From Alphaproteobacteria bacterium (GTDB lineage: Bacteria; Pseudomonadota; Alphaproteobacteria; CAAHEQ01; UBA3637): a stretch of 64,000 nucleotides of DNA. The stretch spans positions 65,429 through 129,428 of the forward strand of contig SUUS01000001.1 of the NCBI GenBank assembly GCA_015062395.1, read 5' to 3'. Positions 1 through 10,317 of the stretch are shown piece after piece. The position numbers and the translations under genes are program-made. The notes beneath the pieces were generated by a model. It made no database searches and was not told where the DNA came from. It was given only the letters and a program-made list of their open reading frames with translations. How positions within the stretch are numbered: position 1 is the stretch's first letter; each line of letters opens with the position of its first letter.

Positions 1-393
1 AAACTGTTCAGGATGTACATAAAGCGTTTTTGTCTGAATATCGACTAATTGCAAAATGTTTTTCAACTTTATAATTCGTGGTGAATTGATATCTAAACAC
101 AAAGCATCTATTAAAATTTCTTTTCCAGTTTTAAAAACTCTTCGAATAATGATTTCTCTTTGTTTTAATTCCCCAGATAAAGAGGTGTACTTGACAAAAA
201 CCTGAACGGACAAGCCCCCTTCTATTAAATTTTTTCCACTTAATTTCTTTTGGACCTTTTCAAAAATAGCTTGTTTTTGAGGTGATTCAACTTTTTCTAC
301 AGCTTGAGAATTCCATTCTTTTCTGAAAGCATTAACATCAGCATCAGTAAATCGCGCAACAGCATCCATCAATTCATTACTTACAGCCATAAA
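1..393 (-). CDS. Partial hypothetical protein (N-terminal ~130 aa; gene continues beyond window start), last gene of MoxR/DUF58 operon
   Basis: Reverse-complement reading from ATG at 393..391 gives MAVSNELMDAVARFTDADVNAFRKEWNSQAV... open to position 1; 8-nt gap after upstream gene stop; not in ORF track because truncated by window edge. Confidence 0.35.
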
Positions 394-401
394 AGCATCT
401 C

Positions 402-878
402 CTATATTTTCGTTTTTAAAAACATTTTGATCCATTTTTTATAATCCTGAAAAATCGAGAATCGAACCTCGTTTGATATTTCATAGCTTTTAGCATACAT
501 ACTTTTATGCAAAAGGTCTATATATTCTTTTGAAAAAATTACTTTTTGTAATAAAGAATTCATAAAATCTATCCAATCATCTTCATATAAATCAGCAACT
601 TTTTCACGACCAACGCGCGCAATAGCCAGTCTTTTAGCTAACTGATTCAGCTGATTCACGGCTGTTTTATTATCTTGTATTTTTGATATTCTTTTAAAAT
701 CCTTCCATGTTTGGTACCTTAATGAATGCAGATAAGAATATATCGAAAAATACAAAACTAAAATAAAAATAATAAAAAATATAAGGAATATCCACCATCC
801 AAATGCTAATGGAAAGACATTTGGTTCTATAGGAGTATCCAGATTTTTTAACTTACTTAAATCGATTTTAGAAATCAA
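402..878 (-). CDS. DUF4381-like small membrane protein (one TM helix near N-terminus), downstream of DUF58
   Basis: ORF 158 aa with hydrophobic segment FPLAFGWWIFLIFFIIFILVLYF; 4-nt overlap with upstream DUF58 gene; operon context MoxR-DUF58-x typical of Bat-like clusters. Confidence 0.5.
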   Translation of the reverse strand: MISKIDLSKLKNLDTPIEPNVFPLAFGWWIFLIFFIIFILVLYFSIYSYLHSLRYQTWKDFKRISKIQDNKTAVNQLNQLAKRLAIARVGREKVADLYEDDWIDFMNSLLQKVIFSKEYIDLLHKSMYAKSYEISNEVRFSIFQDYKKWIKMFLKTKI

Positions 879-1807
879 AATTTTCGTCTCCTTGATTTTT
901 GCAAAGCCGTTGCAACAACATCATAATAATCATCTTCTGAAGAAACTGGAATATATCGGATATGAAATTTATTTGTAAATTCCAAAATTTGCCATAATTT
1001 TTTTTGGAAATAATATATATAAGAATCGTGAATATCCTTTTGTCTTGTATCCAATGAAATAAAAGATGAGCCATCAGATATGTTGTATAAGTTTGGACTT
1101 GGACATCTTCCTTCTAACACATCGTACACATTAATAAATGAAATCTCATTTGTTCTGGCGACAGAAGCCAAACACTTTAAAACATCGTCATTTAAGTCTG
1201 AAAAATCACTAATGATAAAGATTATATTGCCATTTCTGCAAGTTCTGCGCAATTTAAGACAGGCTTGAGCCAAAGAAATTTCTTCTTCTTTTTTTTCAAA
1301 ATGCTCTTTTTTTTCTGTTTCTTCACTGATAGCATTAAAAAAAGTCATAATTTGATTGCGTATTTTTGAAGGATTGAAAACTTGCATTTTTTTATCTGAT
1401 AAAACAAGCCCTCCTATTTTATCTCCTTTTTTATAAAAAAACCAAGATAGCATGGCTGTAATATGTGCTGCTATAACGGATTTAAAAGCTTGTTTTGTAC
1501 CAAACTTCATACTTTTGCGTAAATCCAATAAAAACCAAATATGCCTATCTCGTTCTTCGTGAAAAATTTTAGTATATGCTTTTCCTGTCTTTGCCGTCAA
1601 TCGCCAATCAACCAACCTGACATCGTCTCCAGACTGATATTCTCGAACCTCATCAAAATCCATACCTCTACCTTTAAATGCAGAAAGGTTTTCGCCTAAA
1701 TTATGCTTAACTGTTTTTTTCCCTTGAATAGAATTTAAGCGATAAGTTTGATATTGATCTTTAATCAAACTCTCAAGACTTGCAAAAACGGCTTCCGAAT
1801 TATTCAT
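875..1807 (-). CDS. DUF58 domain protein (MoxR-associated, vWA-like)
   Basis: 310 aa; motif region VDWRLTAKTGKAYTKIFHEERDRHIWFLLD characteristic of DUF58; immediately downstream of MoxR ATPase. Confidence 0.75.
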   Translation of the reverse strand: MNNSEAVFASLESLIKDQYQTYRLNSIQGKKTVKHNLGENLSAFKGRGMDFDEVREYQSGDDVRLVDWRLTAKTGKAYTKIFHEERDRHIWFLLDLRKSMKFGTKQAFKSVIAAHITAMLSWFFYKKGDKIGGLVLSDKKMQVFNPSKIRNQIMTFFNAISEETEKKEHFEKKEEEISLAQACLKLRRTCRNGNIIFIISDFSDLNDDVLKCLASVARTNEISFINVYDVLEGRCPSPNLYNISDGSSFISLDTRQKDIHDSYIYYFQKKLWQILEFTNKFHIRYIPVSSEDDYYDVVATALQKSRRRKF

Positions 1808-1819
1808 GCAGCAATCCCT

Positions 1820-2782
1820 TTAAGGCAATGGAACTTTTTGTTTTAATATATCTATAAATGAATCTGGGGTTATTCCTTTCGCTTGTGCTTCATAAGTCAA
1901 TAATATGCGATGGCGTAAAACGTCATGTAAAATTGCATGGATATCTGAAGGCATCACATAATCCCGTCCTTCCAGCCAAGCATGGGCTTTTGAGCAAATA
2001 TCCAATGCAATAGTTCCACGTGGACTTGAACCAAATTCAATGTAGTTATTTAATGCATCGTCATATGTTGTTGGCTTTCGAGTTGCTATAATAAATTGAA
2101 CAATATAATTTTCTAAATCATCAGATAAATGAACATTTAAAACTTCATTTCTAGCTATTTTGACTTGTTTTTGTGTTATTTTTTGAAATAAAATACTTTC
2201 TTCTTTTTTAGCTTCTCCACGTACAATCTGCAAAATACGATGTTCTGCTTGAGCATCTGGATGCCCTATTTTTACATACATTAAAAAACGGTCTAGTTGT
2301 GCTTCTGGTAAAGGATATGTTCCTTCATTTTCAATAGGATTTTGAGTTGCCATAACCAAAAATAATTCAGGTAATAAGTACGTTGTTGCACCAACCGTCA
2401 CCTGACGTTCACCCATAGCCTCCAATAAAGCAGATTGTACTTTTGCAGGAGCTCTGTTAATTTCATCGGCAAGGATAAAATTATGAAAAACAGGACCTTT
2501 TTGGAAAACAAAAGTCCCATTTTCTGGTCGGTAAACATCGCTTCCAGTAATATCGGCAGGAAGTAAATCAGGTGTAAATTGAATTCTGTGCGAATCGCAT
2601 TCAATAGCTGATGCCAACTTTTTAATTGCTTTTGTTTTAGCTAATCCTGGGGCGCCTTCTACCAACAAGTGACCATCAGACAGTAAAGCTATTAACATCC
2701 TATCTATTAACCCTTTTTGTCCGATAATTTCATTGTTCATATACTCACGAAGATTTAAAAATACATTTTGAATTTCAGACAT
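1820..2782 (-). CDS. moxR: MoxR-family AAA+ ATPase
   Basis: Walker A GAPGLAKT, MoxR-like IIGQKGLIDRMLIAL; start moved to internal Met32 (MSEIQ..., ATG 2782..2780) which has a GGAG RBS; extended track ORF start lacks RBS. Confidence 0.85.
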   Translation of the reverse strand: MSEIQNVFLNLREYMNNEIIGQKGLIDRMLIALLSDGHLLVEGAPGLAKTKAIKKLASAIECDSHRIQFTPDLLPADITGSDVYRPENGTFVFQKGPVFHNFILADEINRAPAKVQSALLEAMGERQVTVGATTYLLPELFLVMATQNPIENEGTYPLPEAQLDRFLMYVKIGHPDAQAEHRILQIVRGEAKKEESILFQKITQKQVKIARNEVLNVHLSDDLENYIVQFIIATRKPTTYDDALNNYIEFGSSPRGTIALDICSKAHAWLEGRDYVMPSDIHAILHDVLRHRILLTYEAQAKGITPDSFIDILKQKVPLP

Positions 2783-2853
2783 ATTTTGCTCCTTATAAAA
2801 AAATGCTGTACTTTTTTTTACAATAATATAGAATAAAAGTAAAGGAAAAGCAA

Positions 2854-3618
2854 ATGAGTATTTCAATTTTAACACCTTATAAGCTTTTTTTTACCACCCA
2901 AGCAGATATTTTATATGCTTTGATGAAGGATGGGCGTATCTTAAAAATCAAGCAAATACCGTATTTTTCGAATCTTTCATCAGACAGAACAATGCTTTGT
3001 GGAATTTTCTTTGATGGAGAAAACACGCATATTATGTCGTCTTCTTTAGGAGTCGATTCGTTCGAAAAAAAAGAAATAGCATCTTTGTTTGGTTATTTTT
3101 ATTATCCTTGTCTTTCTAAAACTGGAAAAATGATGGCAATTATTGAGGCTGACTTACTGAAGCCAAAACCTCAAGGGGAACTGCAAATATACATAAAAAA
3201 GATAAAACGATGGTATTTGCAAAAATCTTTACCTGCAAAAATGAAATCGCCTTTTTTATCCTCAATAGATGAATCCGTCTTTTTTATTGATGAACAAAGT
3301 AATTTATGTAAGTTATTGGGTGATAATAAGACTGTATTAGCTATAGACGTTTTGTTTTTTGCGCTTTCTGCTTCCCAAACAAAAATAGTATATTATAATG
3401 GTTCTATTGTTTATGTGTATTCTCTTTTAAACCGAGCTGAAATAACGTCTTTTCCTGCTACGAATTTAACAGCATTATGCTTTGATGCAACAGAAAACGA
3501 AATTCTTTTTTCTGTATCTCAAGACAATCGTTATGCAATTTATAGTCAAAATTACAAAACAAATAAAACTGTTTTATTGGCTCAACCAGATGAAAGTGTT
3601 GTTTTAATATCTTCTTAA
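2854..3618 (+). CDS. Hypothetical protein (254 aa)
   Basis: Long ORF with AAGGA RBS upstream of ATG 2854; no recognisable motif. Confidence 0.4.
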   Translation: MSISILTPYKLFFTTQADILYALMKDGRILKIKQIPYFSNLSSDRTMLCGIFFDGENTHIMSSSLGVDSFEKKEIASLFGYFYYPCLSKTGKMMAIIEADLLKPKPQGELQIYIKKIKRWYLQKSLPAKMKSPFLSSIDESVFFIDEQSNLCKLLGDNKTVLAIDVLFFALSASQTKIVYYNGSIVYVYSLLNRAEITSFPATNLTALCFDATENEILFSVSQDNRYAIYSQNYKTNKTVLLAQPDESVVLISS

Positions 3619-3685
3619 AAATGATTGATATTTTTATAAAACATGCTATTGTATGAATAGTTTTTTTATAAAAAAGGATAGAATA

Positions 3686-4582
3686 ATGAAGTATTTAAAA
3701 TTTTTACTGTTGAGCAGTGTATTGTTTTCAAGTGTTTCTTTTGCTCAAACACTTGATATAAAGCAAGTCACAAAAGTCATTGAACCTAAAACATTAAATG
3801 CAAATTTCAGACGAATCGGGTTAGAGTTGTCTTCTACAGATGTCAAAAACGCAATCTATTATAAAGATTCTCCTGTAAGTCAATTAAATGCTGACAGCCA
3901 GACGCTGATAAAAGGGATTTTTGATTTTGTATTGGAATACGAAACCAACTATTTCAGATGGGACAACAGTGTTTACGCAGAATATGCAGAAACAAAGTTA
4001 AAACCAGCAGATGAACCAGCAGATACAGACGAATCGGCTGATAAAATTTTATTTTCAACGAATTATACTCAAAAAATATGGGACTTAAAATATGGAAGTC
4101 TTGGACCATTTTTTGATGGCGCCTATCAAACTGAATTTACTCGAAATAATGGGGCTCCTAGGATGAGTGTTATTCGTGGTAAGGTCGGTTTAAAGCTTTT
4201 TGATGGTCTGGTATTTAAAGATTTATATTTGGCTGGTGTCACAGAATATGATGCGACATATTCTCCAAATGTCAATAAAACGGCAGGAGAAATCGGTTTT
4301 CGTATTGAAAAAGAAATCCGAGATGGTGTAAAATTTTCGACAGATGGTTATTATAGACGTTATTTTTCTTTTAGTGAATATGAAACAGAAGATTTAAGAT
4401 ATGATTTAAATTTAACAGCACGTATGGACGTTAAATTAAATGGCTATTTGTCAGTTGGACCATATTTGTCTTATAGAAGAGCTCATGCAAGAGGAACGCC
4501 AGTTGCGGCAAGTAATTTTATGGTAGGCTTGTCTTTTAGTTATAGTGACCTATTTAATTTAATAAAAAAGGATGAAAAATAA
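3686..4582 (+). CDS. Putative outer-membrane beta-barrel protein with signal peptide
   Basis: Start at Met12 of track ORF (AAGGA RBS); signal peptide MKYLKFLLLSSVLFSSVSFAQT; alternating amphipathic beta-strand pattern; C-terminal aromatic-rich end. Confidence 0.5.
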   Translation: MKYLKFLLLSSVLFSSVSFAQTLDIKQVTKVIEPKTLNANFRRIGLELSSTDVKNAIYYKDSPVSQLNADSQTLIKGIFDFVLEYETNYFRWDNSVYAEYAETKLKPADEPADTDESADKILFSTNYTQKIWDLKYGSLGPFFDGAYQTEFTRNNGAPRMSVIRGKVGLKLFDGLVFKDLYLAGVTEYDATYSPNVNKTAGEIGFRIEKEIRDGVKFSTDGYYRRYFSFSEYETEDLRYDLNLTARMDVKLNGYLSVGPYLSYRRAHARGTPVAASNFMVGLSFSYSDLFNLIKKDEK

Positions 4583-5058
4583 TGAAAAAGGTAATTGCAG
4601 AATTTAAAAAATTTGCTATGCGTGGTAATGTTATCGATATGGCTGTCGGTATCATTATCGGTGGCGCATTTGGTAAAATAGTGGATAGCTTGGTAAAAGA
4701 TGTTTTAATGCCTCCTTTAGGTGTTTTGTTGGGTAAAATAGATTTTACAAATTTGTTTATTGTTTTAAAAGACGGAAGTGGGAGTTCATCGCCCTACCCA
4801 TCACTTGAAGCAGCAAAAGCTGCGGGAGCTATTACATTAAACGTTGGATTATTCTTAAATACCGTTATTAGTTTCATCATTGTTGCATTTGCTGTTTTTC
4901 TGCTGATTAAAGCTGTAAATAAATTGCAAGAAAAAATGGATAAAGACGATGCAGCTGAAGAAATCAAAAAGCCAACAGTAAAAAATTGTCCATATTGTTG
5001 CTCTTCAATTCCTATAGATGCTGTCAGATGCCCGAATTGTACATCAAAATTAAAATAA
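4582..5058 (+). CDS. mscL: Large-conductance mechanosensitive channel MscL with C-terminal CxxC...CxxC zinc-ribbon extension
   Basis: N-terminal MscL signature MAVGIIIGGAFGKIVDSLVKDVLMPPLG; C-terminus CPYCCSSIPIDAVRCPNC. Confidence 0.85.
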   Translation: MKKVIAEFKKFAMRGNVIDMAVGIIIGGAFGKIVDSLVKDVLMPPLGVLLGKIDFTNLFIVLKDGSGSSSPYPSLEAAKAAGAITLNVGLFLNTVISFIIVAFAVFLLIKAVNKLQEKMDKDDAAEEIKKPTVKNCPYCCSSIPIDAVRCPNCTSKLK

Positions 5059-5079
5059 TAATATTCTTAAAAAATGAAA

Positions 5080-5104
5080 AAGCCCTAGAAAAGGGCTTTT
5101 TTTT
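5080..5104 (+). terminator. Rho-independent terminator downstream of mscL
   Basis: Hairpin agccct-agaaa-agggct followed by T8. Confidence 0.7.
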
Positions 5105-5347
5105 AAATTAACCTTGACAATAAAAAATAATTTTTGTACCCTCTAGATTAGGACAAGTGATGTTTGTCTTGAGGGTTCAAAGCCTCTTAGAAGTTGCAAA
5201 AAATGCGTAAAACCTTTCAGTTTAACGACTGGAAGGTTGCAAAATACGTTTATTAATAAACAAATATGCACACTATTTCTTCTAAATAGCTTTGAACTTC
5301 CAGTCACCTCTCATCAAGGTGATTTTTTTACAAAAAAGGAAGTTTAT

Positions 5348-6349
5348 ATGAATAAAACTATTTGTGTTGTTATGCCTGTTTATAATGTAGAAAAATACAT
5401 TAAAACGGCATTGGATTCTTTAATAAATCAAACTTATAAAAACTGGATTTGTCTATGTATGGATGATGGTTCCAATGATAATACATTTGAAGTATTAAAA
5501 AAATATGCTCGATTAGATAAAAGGTTTACTGTTTTTTCACAAAATAATCAAGGGGTGACAAAAACTTTAAACACTTTATTGAATAAGGTTCAAGGCGATT
5601 ATTTGTACTACATTGATTCGGACGATTATATTCATCCACAGACATTTGAAACGTTGTTAGCTGTTATGCAAAAAACAGATGCAGATATTGTTGAGTGTGG
5701 CATACAAATCGTTCATGATGAAAAACCAGAAGAACATTTTGAAACTTTTGACATCAAAACACTTCCTGTTGAAGACATAACAGATATGAATATATTTTTA
5801 ACTAAAAAAACTCAAAAAGGATGTTGGATTAATAAAGTAAATAAACTATATAAATGGAGCAAAATAAAGGACTTACGTTTTTCTGAAAATTTATCCTATG
5901 AAGATGATTATTTTTATGCAACACAAATAAGTAGATTAATCTCTAAAAAAAGTATTGTTCCTAAAAATTTATATTTTTATCGTGTAAATCAAACATCAAT
6001 GACGCATCAAGTTAATTTTGAAAAATATCAATTTGCTGCTATCAGTCGTATTAAGCTAACCTATGATTTTTTTATAAAACAAAATAAAGTCCCTGAAATT
6101 TATTTAGAAGATTTTAAGACAGATTTAGTTAATGATGCATACAGGATGATTGTTCGCAAATCATTGAAAAAATGTAAAAATAAAAAACTGCGAAAAGAAT
6201 TATTTTATACTGGGAGTAAATTTATTTCTCAATATATTAAAGAAAGAATTATTGAACCCGAAAGATTGTCTGCTATGAAAAGGTTGTCAATGTTTTTTTA
6301 TTCAAAAAATTTATATTTTTTATCTAGACTTTTAGTTTTTATAGCTTAA
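5348..6349 (+). CDS. Family 2 glycosyltransferase
   Basis: GT2 N-terminal signature ICVVMPVYNVEKYI...DDGSNDNT; start set at Met38 (AAGGAAG RBS). Confidence 0.75.
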   Translation: MNKTICVVMPVYNVEKYIKTALDSLINQTYKNWICLCMDDGSNDNTFEVLKKYARLDKRFTVFSQNNQGVTKTLNTLLNKVQGDYLYYIDSDDYIHPQTFETLLAVMQKTDADIVECGIQIVHDEKPEEHFETFDIKTLPVEDITDMNIFLTKKTQKGCWINKVNKLYKWSKIKDLRFSENLSYEDDYFYATQISRLISKKSIVPKNLYFYRVNQTSMTHQVNFEKYQFAAISRIKLTYDFFIKQNKVPEIYLEDFKTDLVNDAYRMIVRKSLKKCKNKKLRKELFYTGSKFISQYIKERIIEPERLSAMKRLSMFFYSKNLYFLSRLLVFIA

Positions 6350-6378
6350 AAAAAGCCCTCAAATGAGGGCTTTTACTT
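6350..6378. terminator. Bidirectional rho-independent terminator between GT2 gene (+) and valS (-)
   Basis: Hairpin aagccctc-aaat-gagggctt flanked by A-run on one side and T-rich on the other. Confidence 0.65.
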
Positions 6379-6385
6379 TCTAAAT

Positions 6386-8998
6386 TTAAGCTTTTGGCTT
6401 TTTGGGTTCGTCTTCCCCTAAAACGCAGTTTGTTATTTCCAAATCTTCTGAATGAGCTTCAAATTCTATTTTATGCTCTTTAATATTCAAAACATTTTCA
6501 ATATCTGTTTGAGCTTGTTTCAATGCTTCAATCATATTTTGATTTGCAGAAACCGTCATAGTTAAAACCGGTGTACGCAAAGAACGTTTTTCATCGGCTT
6601 TTACCTTACGTCCCAACTCAACCATAGAAACAACTTTTCGATATAAATCTGCGTCTGTTTTTACACCAGCATAGATTTCAGATGATGGGAATGGTTGGAC
6701 GTGAACAGAACCAGTTTCTTTCCCCCAAGCTCTTGCTTGGAACACTTCTTCAGTGATAAAACTTAAGAATGGTGCAAATAATTTAGCAAATAAATCGATT
6801 GTCACCATCAAACTGGAAACAGCTGAAGTTGGATTATCGCTATACGCACGTGTCTTCACAATTTCCAAATAATTATCACAGAAATCCCAGAAAGCATGTT
6901 CTGTTGTTTCTAATGCAAATGAATAGTCATGATTTTCAAATGCTTTTCTGGAAACATCTATTGCGTCACACATACGAGCAATCCACGCCTTATCAAGAGG
7001 ATTTGTAATGTTTTTTACATAATCTGCATTGATGTCAACTCCAGAATTTTCAACGATATTAGAAACAAAACGCGAAGCGTTAAAAATCTTCATGCAAAGT
7101 TTCTTTCCTTGGTCCATAACCTGTTCTTCGAAAGCAATATCGATACCAAGTTTTGCTCTGGCTGCCCAATAGCGAACAGCATCAGAAGAATACTTTTCCA
7201 ACAAATTCATTGGTGTCACAACATTGCCTTTCGACTTACTCATTTTCTTTCTATCTGGATCCAAAACAAAACCACTGATATGAGCTTCTTTCCAAGGCAA
7301 CATATTTTCGTTCGCATATGCTTTCATAATTGTATAAAAAGCCCAAGTACGAATAATATCATGCGCTTGAGGACGAACATCAAACGGTAATGACAGATTA
7401 TGTCCTTCTGGCGCAAAAGCCATTGCTATTTGAGGCGTCACAGATGAGGTCGCCCAAGTATCCATAATATCTTTATCGCCAACAAAACCACCCGCAACGC
7501 CACGTTGTTCTGCTGTATATCCATTTGGAACATCAGTCATCGGATCTATTGGTAATTGTTCGGATGTTGGGAATATAGGGCTGTCAAAATCAGTGTTTCC
7601 GTTTTCATCAACTTTATACCAAACAGGGAATGGAACGCCAAAGAAGCGTTGACGAGAAATACACCAATCTTGGTTTAATCCATCTACCCATGTTTCATAA
7701 CGCGTTTGCATATGAGATGGATACCATTTAATTTTTCGACCTTGTTCAATTAACTGTTGTTTCAACTTTAAAATATCGATAAACCATTGACGAGAAGAGA
7801 CAAATTCCAAAGGTTGTGACCCTTTTTCATAGAATTTAACAGGGTGCATCAAAGGTTTTGGCTCGGCTAATAAATCTCCTGTTTCTTTTAAAAATTCAAC
7901 CAATTGTGCTCTAGCCTGTTTTACTTTTAAACCAGCTATTGCATCGTAGTATTTTTTTGCCTTTTCTACATTTAAAGAAACAAAATTTCCAGTACCATAT
8001 TCTTGTTTGATAATTCTACCATCTAATCCTATAATTTGTTTAATTGGCAATCCTGACTTTTTCCACCAAGCAACGTCAGCTGCGTCACCGAAAGTACAAA
8101 CCATCATAATACCTGTACCTTTATCCATTTCTGCGTGTTCGGACGGAACTATTGGAACAGGGATATCAAATAACGGAACAATTGCATTTTTTCCAAAATA
8201 CTTTTTGTAGCGTTCATCGTCTGGATGAGCCACAACTGCAATACATGCAGGTAAAAATTCTGGACGAGTTGTTGCAATAGTAAAATATGTATCAGGTTCG
8301 CCTTCTACACCAAAACGGATATCATGGAAAAAGCCTGCCGTTTCTCTGTCTTCAATTTCAGCTTGAGCAACTGCAGATTGGAAATCTATATCCCACATGG
8401 TTGGAGATTCCACACTGTGAGCCAATCCTTTTTTTACCAAATCTAAAAAAGATTCTTGAGAAACTTTAATAGCCAAAGGAGAAATTGTTGTATATTTTAA
8501 AGACCAGTCATAAGAATGTCCGATACGTCTGAAAATATCTTCAAAAGCTTTTTCATCTGTTTCAGTCAATATTTCGCAGGTTTCAACGAAGTTTTTACGT
8601 GAAACTTCTTTCAATTCTTTGGCATTTGGATTATGTTCAGCTTTAAAATCCGAATCGTATGGCAGAGCCGCATTACAAGATATCCCATAAAAATTTTGAA
8701 CACGACGTTCTGTCGGCAAGCCATTATCATCCCAACCGATGGGATAAAATATGGATTTGCCCATCATTCTTTGATAACGAACCTGAACGTCTGTTTGAGT
8801 ATAGCTCATAATATGTCCAATATGTAATGAACCAGACACTGTTGGAGGTGGTGTATCGACAACATAAGTATTTTCTCGGCTTGCTGTTTTATCATATGCA
8901 TACACTCGGTTTTCTTCCCAATAATTCATACAACGTTTTTCAATAGCCTCTGAATTAAACTTGTCATCAAGTTTCTTTATTTCTTTATATGTCGTCAT
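6386..8998 (-). CDS. valS: Valine--tRNA ligase
   Basis: Class I HIGH motif (PPPTVSGSLHIGH), KMSKS (KMSKSKGN), ValRS-type editing/anticodon domains; start moved to Met38 (MTTYKEI..., GAGG RBS) rather than extended track start. Confidence 0.95.
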   Translation of the reverse strand: MTTYKEIKKLDDKFNSEAIEKRCMNYWEENRVYAYDKTASRENTYVVDTPPPTVSGSLHIGHIMSYTQTDVQVRYQRMMGKSIFYPIGWDDNGLPTERRVQNFYGISCNAALPYDSDFKAEHNPNAKELKEVSRKNFVETCEILTETDEKAFEDIFRRIGHSYDWSLKYTTISPLAIKVSQESFLDLVKKGLAHSVESPTMWDIDFQSAVAQAEIEDRETAGFFHDIRFGVEGEPDTYFTIATTRPEFLPACIAVVAHPDDERYKKYFGKNAIVPLFDIPVPIVPSEHAEMDKGTGIMMVCTFGDAADVAWWKKSGLPIKQIIGLDGRIIKQEYGTGNFVSLNVEKAKKYYDAIAGLKVKQARAQLVEFLKETGDLLAEPKPLMHPVKFYEKGSQPLEFVSSRQWFIDILKLKQQLIEQGRKIKWYPSHMQTRYETWVDGLNQDWCISRQRFFGVPFPVWYKVDENGNTDFDSPIFPTSEQLPIDPMTDVPNGYTAEQRGVAGGFVGDKDIMDTWATSSVTPQIAMAFAPEGHNLSLPFDVRPQAHDIIRTWAFYTIMKAYANENMLPWKEAHISGFVLDPDRKKMSKSKGNVVTPMNLLEKYSSDAVRYWAARAKLGIDIAFEEQVMDQGKKLCMKIFNASRFVSNIVENSGVDINADYVKNITNPLDKAWIARMCDAIDVSRKAFENHDYSFALETTEHAFWDFCDNYLEIVKTRAYSDNPTSAVSSLMVTIDLFAKLFAPFLSFITEEVFQARAWGKETGSVHVQPFPSSEIYAGVKTDADLYRKVVSMVELGRKVKADEKRSLRTPVLTMTVSANQNMIEALKQAQTDIENVLNIKEHKIEFEAHSEDLEITNCVLGEDEPKKPKA

Positions 8999-9130
8999 AA
9001 TATCCTCTTTCATTAAAAATAATACCTTTGGCATTTTACAATCTTTTATTAAAAAATCAAGTCTTTTTATAAAAAAACTATTTGACGTTGCTTGTTTTTC
9101 TGCATACAATAGTCTTAGAGAGAGGGTTTT

Positions 9131-10255
9131 ATGGATTCAATACATTTTCCAGATTATAAGCATTCGATTTTAAATATCTCTTCCACTTTGCTTAAGTACT
9201 ATGGTGTTGAAACGCCTTATGCGTCATTAGAAAAATTAGAAAAAGAGCTAAATAAAGACTATAAAAATGTTATTCTAATGATTTTTGATGGATTGGGTAT
9301 TGATATTTTAAATAAAAATTTACCAAAAGATTCTTTATTGCAAAAACATATCGTTGAAGAAATTACATCAGTATTTCCTCCTACAACAACAGCTGCAACG
9401 ACAAGTTATTATTCTGGAAAAACACCGATTGAACATGCGTGGCTTGGGTGGATGTGTTACTTTAATAAATTAAACAAAGCTATTGAATTATTTAAAAATT
9501 CTGACTTTTATACTGGTGAAAAAATTGATATTGATGTCATGAAAGAATTACCCTATTCTACAATTTATGAACAGATTACAGAAGCAACAAAAAACAAAGT
9601 TAAAACGCATAAATTGTTTCCTGATTTTATTCAAACAGATGGTTATAAAAATCTTGAAGAATTGCATCGTACAATTTGTCAACTGACAAAATCGAATGAT
9701 AGAAACTTTGTTTTATGCTACAGTCCCTTTCCTGATAAAATAATTCACAGATATGGGACGCAATCAGATGAAACCCAAAAATCTGTTTTAAAAACGGTTC
9801 GATTTATTGAAAATATCTATAAACAACTTGATGATACTTTAATCATTGTATCAGCCGATCATGGACTGATTGATATTGAAAAAGAATTTTTTATTGAAGA
9901 ATATCCTGACTTTATGGAATGTTTATCTCGTCCGTTGTCTTTAGAAGACAGAACGATTAGCATTAAGCTTAAAGATGGAAAAAAAGAACAAGTTTTAAGT
10001 GCTTTCAATCGTTATTTTGCTAAAGATTTTATTTTGTTATCAAAAGAAGAAGTTTTACAAAAACAGCTATTCGGACCAGCAAAGCCAAATCCAAAAGCCT
10101 TGGAGTTTATTGGTGATTATATCATTATTTCAAAATCACATAACTCACTACGCCAAAAAACGGCAAGTAATGAACCTTTAAAAGCGGCTCATGCAGGGAT
10201 TTTAAAAGCAGAAATGCTGGTTCCATTGATTTTGTTAAATACTCATTCAAGATAG
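9131..10255 (+). CDS. Alkaline-phosphatase-superfamily metalloenzyme (nucleotide pyrophosphatase/phosphodiesterase-like)
   Basis: Motifs ILMIFDGLG, PPTTTAATTS (nucleophile Thr region), SADHGL metal-binding; strong RBS gagagagg. Confidence 0.55.
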   Translation: MDSIHFPDYKHSILNISSTLLKYYGVETPYASLEKLEKELNKDYKNVILMIFDGLGIDILNKNLPKDSLLQKHIVEEITSVFPPTTTAATTSYYSGKTPIEHAWLGWMCYFNKLNKAIELFKNSDFYTGEKIDIDVMKELPYSTIYEQITEATKNKVKTHKLFPDFIQTDGYKNLEELHRTICQLTKSNDRNFVLCYSPFPDKIIHRYGTQSDETQKSVLKTVRFIENIYKQLDDTLIIVSADHGLIDIEKEFFIEEYPDFMECLSRPLSLEDRTISIKLKDGKKEQVLSAFNRYFAKDFILLSKEEVLQKQLFGPAKPNPKALEFIGDYIIISKSHNSLRQKTASNEPLKAAHAGILKAEMLVPLILLNTHSR

Positions 10256-10317
10256 TTCTTGACCAAAAAAACTTATTCGTTTATAATTTAGAAAATCTTG
10301 TATGAAAAGGAGTGAAA

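Noticed and set aside
868-1074. 68-aa minus-strand ORF overlapping the DUF58 gene in another frame
   Set aside because: It is fully nested in a better-supported CDS and has no RBS.
6799-8827. Several 60-153-aa plus-strand ORFs (6799..7008, 6929..7390, 8007..8210, 8287..8469, 8633..8827) inside valS
   Set aside because: They lie antisense within a highly conserved, continuous 870-aa valS frame. They are low-complexity with no RBS, which is typical of spurious AT-rich antisense ORFs.
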